Notes: a model not told the origin generated them from the letters alone. A stretch of DNA of 64,000 bases from Nitrospirota bacterium (GCA_963749655.1 CAVVOB010000016.1:96001-160000), one strand, 5' to 3'. Shown: positions 41,401 to 50,210, numbered from the stretch's first letter. Numbers and translations are program-made.

Positions 41401-42707
41401 GTAGCAGCCGTAGCTGAGACCCCGGAGGCTGAACCGTGATATACAAATGCAGCTCCTTCATCAATTTCGCCGTTATCATAGGAGAGCGCTCCGACGATCA
41501 CATCCGAGTACCCATCTCCGTTCACGTCCCCTGCGCCGGACACGCTCCACCCGAAATTGGCGCCGGCCAGGTTGGATTCGAGCCGTACGAAAGAGGCAGC
41601 GGATATGCCCGATGTGCCGCCGTAATACACAAACGCTGCCCCTTCGTCGGTTTCGCCGTTGTCGTAGGAGGGCGCTCCGACGATGACGTCCGCGTACCCG
41701 TCGCCGTTCACGTCCCCTGCGCCGGACACGCTCCAGCCGAAATTGGCGCCGGCCTGGTCGGATTCGAGCAGGGCGTCATGAGTCAAGGTAAGGAGGGGGT
41801 CGATGTAGACCGGATAGGTTGCTGCGCTGTCGTTTATGGCGATGACAACAACGGTTTCGTGTTTCGCGTTCTTAATCTCGAGTTGAAACCGGGAAGGTAT
41901 CGGCTTGTTGTGCGCATCAACGACCTTTATATCCTTGTATTCGAGTTTGCGTCCTGTTGCGGTCGTCAGGATGATTTTGCCGTTTTCAAGGGCTGCGGTT
42001 GCGTTGTCGAGGGCAAGGGCGAGTCTGAGCTCACCGTTTCCTTCAGGTCTTTTCCTGATGTCGAAACCCTGCTCAAGCCCCTGGGGTTTGTTCATGTACC
42101 ACTCGGTGATACCGGACCGCTGGATCTCCACGCGGTTGCCCTGAGCGACGACTGCGCCTTCGCCCACTTCAGCCGTCCCGTGACCGGCGCAAGACTCTTT
42201 CGCGTTCTTCGGATCATCTTGCTCCAGGCTGTCGTCCTGACAGTCGTTCCTGCCGATCGACGCGAGACTGAGTCTAAACAGCTCCGGGCTTCCTTCCGCT
42301 GTGCGATCATGGACGCGGATACCCTTTTTGTCAAAATAGGTCCTGATGTTATTAGCCCGGTTCGGTGCCTGGAGGCCGGCGGCATTTCGGGTTGTCTCGT
42401 ATTCCTTTTCCGCGATCCGTTTGTGCGCCTCGGCAATCCAATTGCCGTTTTTCTCCACGGGCGCTGCAATGGACGCGGGCGCAGGCGTGTACGATACAAC
42501 CGGTACCCGGTTCCCCGTCGTTTGTCGCGGGCTTCGATCATGCAGCAGAGGAAGCAGCAGTAGCAGGGCCAGTACGCCTGCGGACAATGAGAAAACACCA
42601 ACGCGCCTGCTGCCTGCGTGGGACGCGTTTCTCTGCGTAATAAGCAGCGAACAGGTTGCGGCTTTGGGTCTCACATTATCCGTAACAAATCTGACAAGTG
42701 GATGCAT
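35453..42707 (-). CDS. Giant surface/secreted protein (~2,400 aa): N-terminal TM, 14 FG-GAP repeats, FN3/Ig-like stalk, C-terminal dockerin-like domain (one frameshift near 39084)
   Basis: ORFs 39081..42743 and 35453..39091 join (PWGESF-DPDDFQVKM) if one C is removed from GATCCCTGAT. 14x FG..VSGAGDVNGDGYADVIVGA; 4x 99-aa FN3-like; VVFSEPV..DPAGN (Big_5-like); 4x NxAP..YxWRAxAxD; GDLDIDGDVDTVDALKALR...GDVAP...DGKIDIGDVVVILRKSVG. Confidence 0.88.
37545..38720 (-). repeat. Four tandem ~297-bp coding repeats (FN3-like domains)
   Basis: Near-identical DNA units, e.g. ccggaccatgcggtcgcagttcc...gccgttcacggcctgcacccgcgcataca at ~37575, ~37873 and ~38170. Confidence 0.9.
39180..41770 (-). repeat. Fourteen tandem ~186-bp coding repeats (FG-GAP blades)
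   Basis: Recurring ccgacgatcacgtccgcgta.ccgtcgccgttcac.tcccctgc core at ~186-bp period. Confidence 0.92.
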
Positions 42708-42802
42708 GGAATCTCCTTTTTCGAGCACAACATGATCAGACACCTGCGCACCGTTCCCTTATCGTAGTATCGGTTTCATGCAGACTGCATCCTGCACCTC
42801 TA

Positions 42803-42923
42803 GCCCGAATGATCCCTCCTACCCGTATCAGCATCCTGCCGATGTTTTAGCGGGCCATGTCTTCGAAGTCGGTATTGTTAAATGAATAGGCAACAGTTGA
42901 GGGATCGGGCATTGATGACGGGT
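42803..42923. ncRNA. Candidate structured RNA with interleaved helices (pseudoknot or switch) upstream of the giant protein
   Basis: gcccga/gatccctc (42803-42818) pairs with gagggatcgggc (42899-42910); acccgtatca (42821-42830) pairs with tgatgacgggt (42913-42923); order B-A-B'-A'. No known family recognised. Confidence 0.35.
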
Positions 42924-43196
42924 CGAGAATAGGACAAATTATAGAAAAACGCAAGAGCTTCGATGGGGTATTTTTGGGGTAGGGGCTGTGATTGCAGAAT
43001 TATTAAACCAGTTTGCAGCTTTTTGTTCGTAGCTTCCAGTTATGAATTCAAAGCTGATCGTTTCGGAAACTTTTAAAAGCAGCAGAACGGGAAGTGTCAG
43101 GAATAGTTATATATCAAAATAGATACGGTTTCATCATGCGGCATGATTTCCAGTATGAAGCTATGAAAAGCGGTGGGATGCGGAATCAATAAAGCA

Positions 43197-43302
43197 GTTT
43201 TGAGTTTTGAATTTTTAGTTCTGAGTTTTAAAAAAGGCAGGACAAGGCAGGAAAGTACTATAGTAAGGAAAACTCAAAACTCACCACTCAAAACTAAAAA
43301 CT
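43197..43302. repeat. Intergenic palindromic element (gttttga/tcaaaac 7-mers)
   Basis: gttttgagttttgaatttttagttctgagtttta ... aaaactcaaaactcaccactcaaaactaaaaact. Confidence 0.82.
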
Positions 43303-44473
43303 ACTTTTTTAGGGTTTTCCGAATCCTCTCCAACGCCTGTTCCAGCCGGGCATCGGGAATGGTAAGGGACACGCGGAAGTACCCTTCCCCGTAGGTGCCG
43401 TAGGCGATACCGGGAGTCACGAGCACGCTCGCTTCATCCAGGAGTTTATTGGCGAAGTCCAGCGAAGAAAATCCTTTCGGCACGGCAAGCCACAAATAGA
43501 ACGTCCCGTCGCCGCCTTTTGTTTCGATGCCGATCTCGTCGAACACGCGCCGCACCATGCCGCGCCTGCGCTGGTAGATCGCGAGCATGGTCCTGATGTC
43601 CCCGTCCCCTTCGTCCATGGCCTTGATGCTGGCAAGCTGGATCGCGTTGAACACGCCGGAGGTCACGTTCTCCTTAAACCGCGACATGGCGTGAATGATC
43701 TTGTCGCTGCCCACGGCCATGCCGATCCGCCAGCCCGTCATGTTGTACGCCTTGCTCAGAGAGTTGAATTCCACGGCGATATCTTTGGCGCCCGGCGCCT
43801 GCATCAGGCTCTGCCTGCGCTCGGCCGGGAAGACGATCTCACTGTAAGGGTTGTCGTTCAAGAGCAGGATCTGGTGCTTCTTGGCCCAGGCAACCAGGCG
43901 GGAGTAAAACGCACTGTCAGCGCAGGCGCCTGTGGGATTGTTCGGATAGTTGAGGAAGAACGCCTTTGCCTTTTTACAGACATCGTCGGGAATCTCTTCG
44001 AAAGCAGGCAGGAAGCAGTTCTTCTCCAGGAGCGGAACATCGTAGGGCTCGGCGCCGGCGAGCTGGATATTGGCCTTGTACGCCGGATATCCGGGATTCA
44101 TGGTGAGCACGATCTCGCCGGGATTGACCAATGCCATGATGAAGTGGTGAATGCCCTCTTTCAATCCGTTGAGGGCCAGGACCTCGGTCTCGGGATCGAA
44201 CGCCACGTTGTATTTTCGGCCGTACCACCGCGCAACGGCCTTCCGGAAGACCAGCATGCCCTTGTGCTCGTCCGTGGGATACTGATGGTTCGCCGGATCG
44301 AGCACCGCCTCCCGCATCGCCTCGATGATATAGCCCGGAGTCGGCTCCACCGGATCGCCGATAGCGAGGGAGATAAGGTCCACCCCTTTTGCCTGCAGCT
44401 GCCTGATCTTTTCGCGCATCTGCATGAAAAGATAGGAAGGTATGTTTTTCAGCCTGTCGGCTACGATGTCCAT
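43301..44473 (-). CDS. Class I/II PLP aminotransferase, LL-diaminopimelate aminotransferase-like
   Basis: ADRLKNIPSYLF, LAIGDP, NYPNNPTG, DNPYSEI, EFNSLSKAYNMTGWRIG, VTPGIAYGTYGEGYFRVSL. DapL versus MtnE-type specificity not resolvable by eye. Confidence 0.85.
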   Translation of the reverse strand: MDIVADRLKNIPSYLFMQMREKIRQLQAKGVDLISLAIGDPVEPTPGYIIEAMREAVLDPANHQYPTDEHKGMLVFRKAVARWYGRKYNVAFDPETEVLALNGLKEGIHHFIMALVNPGEIVLTMNPGYPAYKANIQLAGAEPYDVPLLEKNCFLPAFEEIPDDVCKKAKAFFLNYPNNPTGACADSAFYSRLVAWAKKHQILLLNDNPYSEIVFPAERRQSLMQAPGAKDIAVEFNSLSKAYNMTGWRIGMAVGSDKIIHAMSRFKENVTSGVFNAIQLASIKAMDEGDGDIRTMLAIYQRRRGMVRRVFDEIGIETKGGDGTFYLWLAVPKGFSSLDFANKLLDEASVLVTPGIAYGTYGEGYFRVSLTIPDARLEQALERIRKTLKK

Positions 44474-44495
44474 GAGTACGTCTGTCCCCTCTATC

Positions 44496-44647
44496 CGTCA
44501 TTCCGGCATGGCTCCAGCCGGAATCCAGTGTCTCGCTTTTTTATCAGCTTGAATTTTAAAAATCTGGATTCCCGACTAAGGCGTTCGGGAATGACGATAC
44601 ACCGTTATTAGGCTTCTCTCTGCGATCTCTGCGTCCTCTGCGGTGAA
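44496..44647. repeat. REP-like element (gtcattcc..ggaatccag / ctggattcc..ggaatgac) plus ctctgcg arm
   Basis: cgtcattccggcatggctccagccggaatccag ... ctggattcccgactaaggcgttcgggaatgacg (44496-44596), then ctctctgcgatctctgcgtcctctgcggtgaa. Confidence 0.78.
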
Positions 44648-44667
44648 AATCCTGTCTTTCGAATTTC

Positions 44668-45921
44668 TCAGCTCTTCGCCCACTCCCGGATCGTCTGCCC
44701 CAGCCGCAGGATGCTCTTTTCCGAGATCATCGGATACACGCAGATCTCCAGGATCGAGGCCTCCCTCGGGCCGCCCTGGCCGTGCGGAGTGCCGCCCTTC
44801 TCTTGAAAGGGCTCCAGGCGCGAGCAGTCGGACATGTCCGTGTTCTTGGTGTCGAAGCCGTGCTTGAGCAGATAGGCGCGCAGATCGTTTCGCCTTGACG
44901 GGTCCACGGTCAAAGGATAGTAGACGTAGATATGGTCTCCGGTGGTCGACGACGGAACGCCGATGCCCTTTACTCCGTCGAGGGTCTCCGACAGGATCCG
45001 GGCGTTCCTGCGCGCGCCTTCATTGAACGCGTCGATGCGGTCCAGCTGGATCAGGCCGAGGGCAGCCTGTAGATTGGCCAGGCGGTACACGCGGGGTGCA
45101 GAAGCGGAAAAGGTGTGCAGCAGCTCATCGCCCACTTCCGAATCCATGAGCGGCTGGCCCAGCGCCAGCTTCAGACGAAGCGCCGGGTAGACGGTGACGC
45201 CGAAGATCTCGGGCCGGGTCAGGAGCCAGAGCGCCCAGATGACGCCCGCCTTTTTGAGCACGGTCCCGCTTGCGGGCAGCGATGCCTTTTCCAGAACCGC
45301 AGCAGCCCGCTTTGCGATCGCTTCATCAAAGGTTGCGATGGCGCCGCCGCCGAAACAGGGCATGTTCTTGCCCTCGGCAAAGCTGTAGATTCCGATATCG
45401 CCGAAGGTCCCGACCGACCGTCCTCCCACGCGCACGCCCAGGGCATGGGCGCAGTCTTCCAGCATCCGGACATTGCGCTTCTTCACCAGCTCGCCGATCT
45501 CCTGGACCTTGCAGGGCTGGCCGAAAAGGTGCGTTGCCAGGACCGCGCCGGTCCGCTCGTTCAACAGGGGCGCGATGTGCTCAGGCCCGGAGTTGAAGGT
45601 CACGGGGTCGACGTCGCAGAAGACGGGTTTGTACCCGAGCAGCTTAGCGACCATGGGGATTACGGGAAAAGTGAATACGGGGAAGATGATCTCCTTCCCC
45701 TTCTCAAGACCGAGCGATTCGAGGGCCAGCTGGAAGGCAGATCTGCCGGAAGCCGCCCCGAACACCTGGGGACCCTTCAGCCAGCCGCTGAATTTCTTCG
45801 AAAAAGCGTCAAGCGCCGGCCCCTCCTGAACCGTGCCGCTCACGGCGCAGCTGATGAGGGTGCGCAATGCTCCGGGCGGCAGGTTTACGGCTCGTCGAGG
45901 TATGCTCCCGATAATGGCCAT
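44668..45921 (-). CDS. DegT/DnrJ/EryC1/StrS family aminotransferase
   Basis: SGRSAFQLAL, PVFCDVDP, THLFGQP, LEDCAHALG, GDIGIYSFAEGKNM. Confidence 0.88.
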   Translation of the reverse strand: MAIIGSIPRRAVNLPPGALRTLISCAVSGTVQEGPALDAFSKKFSGWLKGPQVFGAASGRSAFQLALESLGLEKGKEIIFPVFTFPVIPMVAKLLGYKPVFCDVDPVTFNSGPEHIAPLLNERTGAVLATHLFGQPCKVQEIGELVKKRNVRMLEDCAHALGVRVGGRSVGTFGDIGIYSFAEGKNMPCFGGGAIATFDEAIAKRAAAVLEKASLPASGTVLKKAGVIWALWLLTRPEIFGVTVYPALRLKLALGQPLMDSEVGDELLHTFSASAPRVYRLANLQAALGLIQLDRIDAFNEGARRNARILSETLDGVKGIGVPSSTTGDHIYVYYPLTVDPSRRNDLRAYLLKHGFDTKNTDMSDCSRLEPFQEKGGTPHGQGGPREASILEICVYPMISEKSILRLGQTIREWAKS

Positions 45922-45954
45922 GCTTGTTGTTCTCCTTTGCGATGTCGTAAATTT

Positions 45955-47373
45955 TCAGAATATCTTTCTGATGCCCAGCAGGCTCCAGAAGATGTCCGGG
46001 TTGTGCAGGTAAAAGGACCAGTACCGCCTGAAGTGCCGGAAGGCGAACCCCGGCCGGAACAGATAGCGCTTGTAGAAGCGCGACCGCAGCTTTACCAGCT
46101 CGTCGGTCGAAACGGCGGAGAACGTCAGCATCGGCGTGGCGTAATGGTAGAGCTTCTTCGGGTCCGTGTCCGTCAGCTTGTCCTTGAACTGCTCCCAGGC
46201 CTGCGAGCCGGGATAGGGCGTGTAGAAATGGACCTGGATGCTGTCGGAATTGAGCTCCATTGCCAGGTTGATGGTCTGCTCGATCTCCTCCCGCGTTTCC
46301 GTTGGGTTGCCGATCACATAATAGGCGTTCGTGCCGATGCCGAGTTCGCGCGTCCAGCCGAAGATCTGGCGGCACATATCGATCCAGGGACGGTCGGCGC
46401 CCTGCTTATGCATGGCCTTGATGATCCGCTCGCTGCCCGATTCCACGCCGAGTCCCAGCATGACGCAGCCGGCCTTCTTCATCAGTACGAGTAAATCATA
46501 ATTCAGCTCGTCCACCCGGACCCTGGCCATCCAGGGCATGGTGGACTTCCTGCTGATAAGCTCCTCGCACAGGGACTGCATGAACTTTCGATGGGCGGAA
46601 AAGCTGTCGTCCTGGAACGAGCAGATATTGACGCCCTGCTTTGCCAGGTGCTCCATCTCGTCGGCAACGCTTGCAGCGGACCTGCTGCGCAGGCGCTTCC
46701 CGGTGCTGACCCGCATGACCTCGCTGCAGAACATGCAGCCGTGGGGGCAGCCCCGCGTGGCGATCAGATAACCCCAGACCACGCGTTTCGGCACGGTGAC
46801 CGGGAAGATGGACTGGTATGCGGCAAGTTCTTCCTTCGTATAGGAAGGAAATGCCAGGAGGTCCGGCTCTTCGACCATGAACCGCTTGCCCTCGTCGAAC
46901 AGCGTGCGGTAATGGCCCTTCCAGTCCCCTGAATTCGGACCCTCGCCGCAGACGGAGCGGAACAGCTCGAAGAACTCCTGTTCCGGCTCGCCGAGCAGGA
47001 TGGCGTCGTAGTTGGCCGTGAGCTCCTTCTGCCGGTCGCGGTGATGGTAAAAGCCCTGTCCGATGCCGATGATCACGGGGGCATTTGCCTGGGCCCTGAG
47101 GCCCGTCACGTAGCTGTCGGACACGTCGATGTCGAAGCTCGAGGCCGAGACAACGACGAGGTCGGGCTTGACCTGCGACGTATGGTCCAGCAGGCCTGAA
47201 ACGCTCATCGGCCGGATCCAGCAGTCCAGGAGATGGACCTTCGTATCGGGACGGCGGTCCAGCCCGGCCTGAAGACATTTGAGGGCATAGGGCGGATCAA
47301 AGAACTGCGGATGTTCCACGTCCTTATCCACGGTGGAACTGACCCGTACCAGCAGGACGGAATTGATCTTCAA
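45955..47373 (-). CDS. B12-binding-domain radical SAM protein
   Basis: N-terminal cobalamin-binding-like domain (PPY.L, KPDLV, LGEPE), TRGCPHGCMFC, FQDDSF, MKKAGC...LGVESGS, IGNPTET, YTPYPGS. Confidence 0.9.
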   Translation of the reverse strand: MKINSVLLVRVSSTVDKDVEHPQFFDPPYALKCLQAGLDRRPDTKVHLLDCWIRPMSVSGLLDHTSQVKPDLVVVSASSFDIDVSDSYVTGLRAQANAPVIIGIGQGFYHHRDRQKELTANYDAILLGEPEQEFFELFRSVCGEGPNSGDWKGHYRTLFDEGKRFMVEEPDLLAFPSYTKEELAAYQSIFPVTVPKRVVWGYLIATRGCPHGCMFCSEVMRVSTGKRLRSRSAASVADEMEHLAKQGVNICSFQDDSFSAHRKFMQSLCEELISRKSTMPWMARVRVDELNYDLLVLMKKAGCVMLGLGVESGSERIIKAMHKQGADRPWIDMCRQIFGWTRELGIGTNAYYVIGNPTETREEIEQTINLAMELNSDSIQVHFYTPYPGSQAWEQFKDKLTDTDPKKLYHYATPMLTFSAVSTDELVKLRSRFYKRYLFRPGFAFRHFRRYWSFYLHNPDIFWSLLGIRKIF

Positions 47374-48437
47374 GGTGCAAGCTCCTTTTCAGGGATGGAA
47401 TTGGGCAGCGCGGCATCGGACATATCGGGATGGTCCCTCCAGGTCCTCAGGTTGAAGGCCCGCCGGAACATCCAGGTGACGGCGCCGAGAATAATGTGCA
47501 GCCAGAAGTCGATAAAGCGGTTCACCACGGTCAATGAAGCGGCCAGGGGGGACGCAACGCCGAGCAGCCGCAGACAGCCGAACATGGTCAGCTCCACTGC
47601 GCCGGCCCCCGACGGCGTAAGCGGGAAGGCCGTGATGATGATCGGGATCATCGTAAGAAACACCGCCTGTGCCGCGCCCAGATCTATATGAAAGGCCTTT
47701 GCGAGCAGGAACATCCAAAGGGTCTCCATGCTCCAGATAAGCATCGTCAGGACGAGCAGGGAGAGGGTCTCTTTCGGGTCCGGCAGCATGCCTGTATGGA
47801 ACGCGCCGATCCGCTGGCGTACGGCCTCGGGCATCCATGACGGCACGGCATGGCGCAGCACGATGAACATGACGACGACGGCGGTCGTTGCCAGGGCGAT
47901 CACGAAGGCGATCAGCAGCGCCCAGGCAACGGGTTTGGGAAAGGCCGACGAAAAAAGCAGCCACGATGCGCCTGCGGCGAGGATCAGGACCATCCAGGCG
48001 TCCACCATGCGCAGGAATACGATCGAGCCCAGCGCAGCCGAACGGCGGACCCCGCAGTTGATCCGGGCCAGATGCGACGCATATACGTCGCCGAGCTTGG
48101 CAGGGACGATGTTGTCGATGAAATTGTAGAAAAAAACGAGCAGCCCGAACCGGGCGTTGCCGCAGCGCATGGGCACGTGGCTCAGACTCCGCTTCCAGCG
48201 CATTCCCCGGATGGGGTAGGTGCCATAATGCATGAGCGCGCCGAGGAGCAGGATGACCTTGTTGCTGGCGACCAGCTCCCGCCAGACCTGGCCGAGATCG
48301 ACGTACGAGACCAGGAGGACGAGGAGGACCGCCGTGATCGCTATGCTGACCAGGGTATGCCAGCCCCAGAGCTTCGGGCTCTTCCCCTCGTTGGGGGCGT
48401 TGTTTTGAAGGTCTTCTGCGACCGTCGGCTTTTCCAT
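47370..48437 (-). CDS. Lysylphosphatidylglycerol synthase TM / flippase-like protein (UPF0104)
   Basis: IRGMRW, NIVPAKLGDV, LGSIVFLRMVD, PLTPSGAGAVE, VNRF. Confidence 0.88.
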   Translation of the reverse strand: MEKPTVAEDLQNNAPNEGKSPKLWGWHTLVSIAITAVLLVLLVSYVDLGQVWRELVASNKVILLLGALMHYGTYPIRGMRWKRSLSHVPMRCGNARFGLLVFFYNFIDNIVPAKLGDVYASHLARINCGVRRSAALGSIVFLRMVDAWMVLILAAGASWLLFSSAFPKPVAWALLIAFVIALATTAVVVMFIVLRHAVPSWMPEAVRQRIGAFHTGMLPDPKETLSLLVLTMLIWSMETLWMFLLAKAFHIDLGAAQAVFLTMIPIIITAFPLTPSGAGAVELTMFGCLRLLGVASPLAASLTVVNRFIDFWLHIILGAVTWMFRRAFNLRTWRDHPDMSDAALPNSIPEKELAP

Positions 48438-48471
48438 AATCGGTTAACGATCCTTACCTTAAATGCAGTTG

Positions 48472-48621
48472 GAACCACAGATGAACACGGTTAGACACAA
48501 AACCAGATCTTGATTTAGAGTTTCCAGCAGGTCAGGCTTACAGTCTCAACCATATTGCAATATCACGGTTCAATCTATGAATTGAACCCGCCCTGCATTT
48601 CCCCGTGTTAATCCGTGGTTA
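48472..48621. repeat. Intergenic palindromic element (ccacagatgaacacg family, degenerate)
   Basis: aaccacagatgaacacggtt ... ccccgtgttaatccgtggtt. Confidence 0.6.
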
Positions 48622-48626
48622 AAAAA

Positions 48627-49847
48627 TTATCTCTTTCCGTCCAGCACCGGCTGCAGAATGCCGAACACCTGTTCAGGCGTGATGACCTGGAGGCAGACGT
48701 TGTCCGTGCACGCTGTCTTCCGGTGGTTCGACGCGGAAACGCAGGGCGAACAGGCCAGGCTTGCGTAGATCGGCGTGGTGTTGCCGAGCGGACAGTAGAG
48801 TTTCGGCGTTTCAGGTCCGAAAAATACGAACGTGGGCATATCGGTCACCGAGGCGAAATGCGGCGGCCCGGAGTCGTTGCTCAGCATGAAAGCGCTTACT
48901 GAGTAGAGGGCCGGCAACTCCATCAGGGCCGTGTGACCGGCGAAATTGACACATCGCTCAGAACGGACTGCCGCGGGAATGGATTCCAGCCAGCCCCGTT
49001 CGCTCGGTCCCCCGGTAAGGAGAATGAGAACATCGGGGTGCTTCTCCAGGATCATGCAGGCAAGACGGATATAGTTCTCCCGCGGCCAGCGCCGGATGGG
49101 CAGCAGCTCCGAGGCATTGGCGTTGAAGAGCACGATGCGGTGGCGCCCCTGGTCATAGGACGGAACAACTTCCCTGACTTTCGAGCGCATCGACGCCCGC
49201 ACTTCTTCGCTCACAACGACTTTTCGCAGGATCGCTTCATCGTCCCCGACCGCCTTTTTCGAGTACGGGAACTCCGCCCTGTCGCTCATTAATGAGTTCA
49301 CGAGGGCGATGAAATTCTTCGTCATGTGAAGGTGCGGATTGTAGGAGACTTTATGGGTCAGAAAATCGCCGCGGTAGAGGCCTTCATTATGAAAGGCATG
49401 GAACCCGACCGTGCGCGCAGCCCCGGAAAAGGCCGTCAGCAGCGCGGTAAAACGGGAGAACAACTCCATGTCGATGACGGAGTCGATCCCTCTTTTGCGC
49501 GCCCAGAAGGGAAAGCGGACCGCGTCCTTGATGAGTCCCCAAAGGCCGTTGTCATCGAGGGTAAAGATGTTCTCGGGAGGGACCGTGCCGAGGAGTTTCA
49601 GGCTCGGGCTGTTCTTCTTGAAAATGGCGAAAAAGAGGTTCACGCCGGGATTGCGCTTCAATTTCTGCATCGCGGGATCGGCAAGAATGGTGCTGCCCAT
49701 TTCCGAAAGCTCGATCAGCAGGACATTACACGGAGCGGAAAATTTTGCGCGGATAAAGGGCGCAATGAGCTTCTTCAGCACGGTCACTGCAAAACACAGC
49801 GGCACGCCTGCGAAGTAATCCACTTTCCGCATGGTATCGACTTTCAT
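48627..49847 (-). CDS. Glycosyltransferase family 9 (heptosyltransferase-like)
   Basis: LLIELSEMGSTILA, RRWP, NFAGHT.L.EL, LSNDSGPPHFA, FFGPETP, LACSPC...C.DNVCL. Confidence 0.9.
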   Translation of the reverse strand: MKVDTMRKVDYFAGVPLCFAVTVLKKLIAPFIRAKFSAPCNVLLIELSEMGSTILADPAMQKLKRNPGVNLFFAIFKKNSPSLKLLGTVPPENIFTLDDNGLWGLIKDAVRFPFWARKRGIDSVIDMELFSRFTALLTAFSGAARTVGFHAFHNEGLYRGDFLTHKVSYNPHLHMTKNFIALVNSLMSDRAEFPYSKKAVGDDEAILRKVVVSEEVRASMRSKVREVVPSYDQGRHRIVLFNANASELLPIRRWPRENYIRLACMILEKHPDVLILLTGGPSERGWLESIPAAVRSERCVNFAGHTALMELPALYSVSAFMLSNDSGPPHFASVTDMPTFVFFGPETPKLYCPLGNTTPIYASLACSPCVSASNHRKTACTDNVCLQVITPEQVFGILQPVLDGKR

Positions 49848-49867
49848 TTACACTCCCTAGCATGCAC

Positions 49868-50064
49868 GCTTGATAGCCTCGTAAAATGTCGTCATTCCCG
49901 CTCGTCGGGAATCGTGTTGCCACATAACGCACTGCTAAGATACGATTCCGGGCAAGCCCCGACTGGTCGGGGCAGGCCGGCAGCGCCCCGCATCAATATT
50001 TTTCACAAGGAGCGGGGAATGACGGTGCTTTGATGATTTTCGACTTTTTACGAGTACATCAAGC
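49868..50064. mobile_element. MITE-like element with ~24-bp terminal inverted repeats, carrying nested REP-like palindromes
   Basis: gcttgatagcctcgtaaaatgtcg versus reverse complement of cgactttttacgagtacatcaagc; inside, gtcattcccg..ggaatc...ggaatgac and gccccgactggtcggggc. Confidence 0.6.
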
Positions 50065-50083
50065 TGACAGGCGTTTGATCAAC

Positions 50084-50210
50084 CAATCCGCAATTGATGC
50101 CTTGCCCCTTGCTACTTGACCCTGGACCCTATTCGTTCCGCACTCCGCATTCCGAAATTCGCAATCCGCAATAAGGAGGTAGTTCTCCTGACTCCTGACT
50201 CCTGACTCAC
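50084..50210. repeat. Stack of three different repeat-family arms
   Basis: ccttgccccttgctacttgaccctggacc; tccgcactccgcattccgaaattcgcaatccgcaat; tcctgactcctgactcctgact. Confidence 0.75.

Noticed and set aside
39180-41770. Regular ~186-bp repeats and the ladder of 60-aa plus-strand ORFs as a CRISPR array or small-gene array
   Set aside because: The repeats are in-frame FG-GAP coding units on the minus strand; the unit is too long for CRISPR, there are no cas genes, and the plus-strand ORFs are antisense shadows.
35453-42707. Diversity-generating retroelement acting on the giant protein
   Set aside because: No reverse transcriptase in the window and no non-coding template repeat differing mainly at adenines was seen.
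32890-43300. Integrated mobile island or prophage around the giant protein
   Set aside because: No integrase, tRNA, att-like direct repeats or phage genes recognised; accessory character alone is insufficient.
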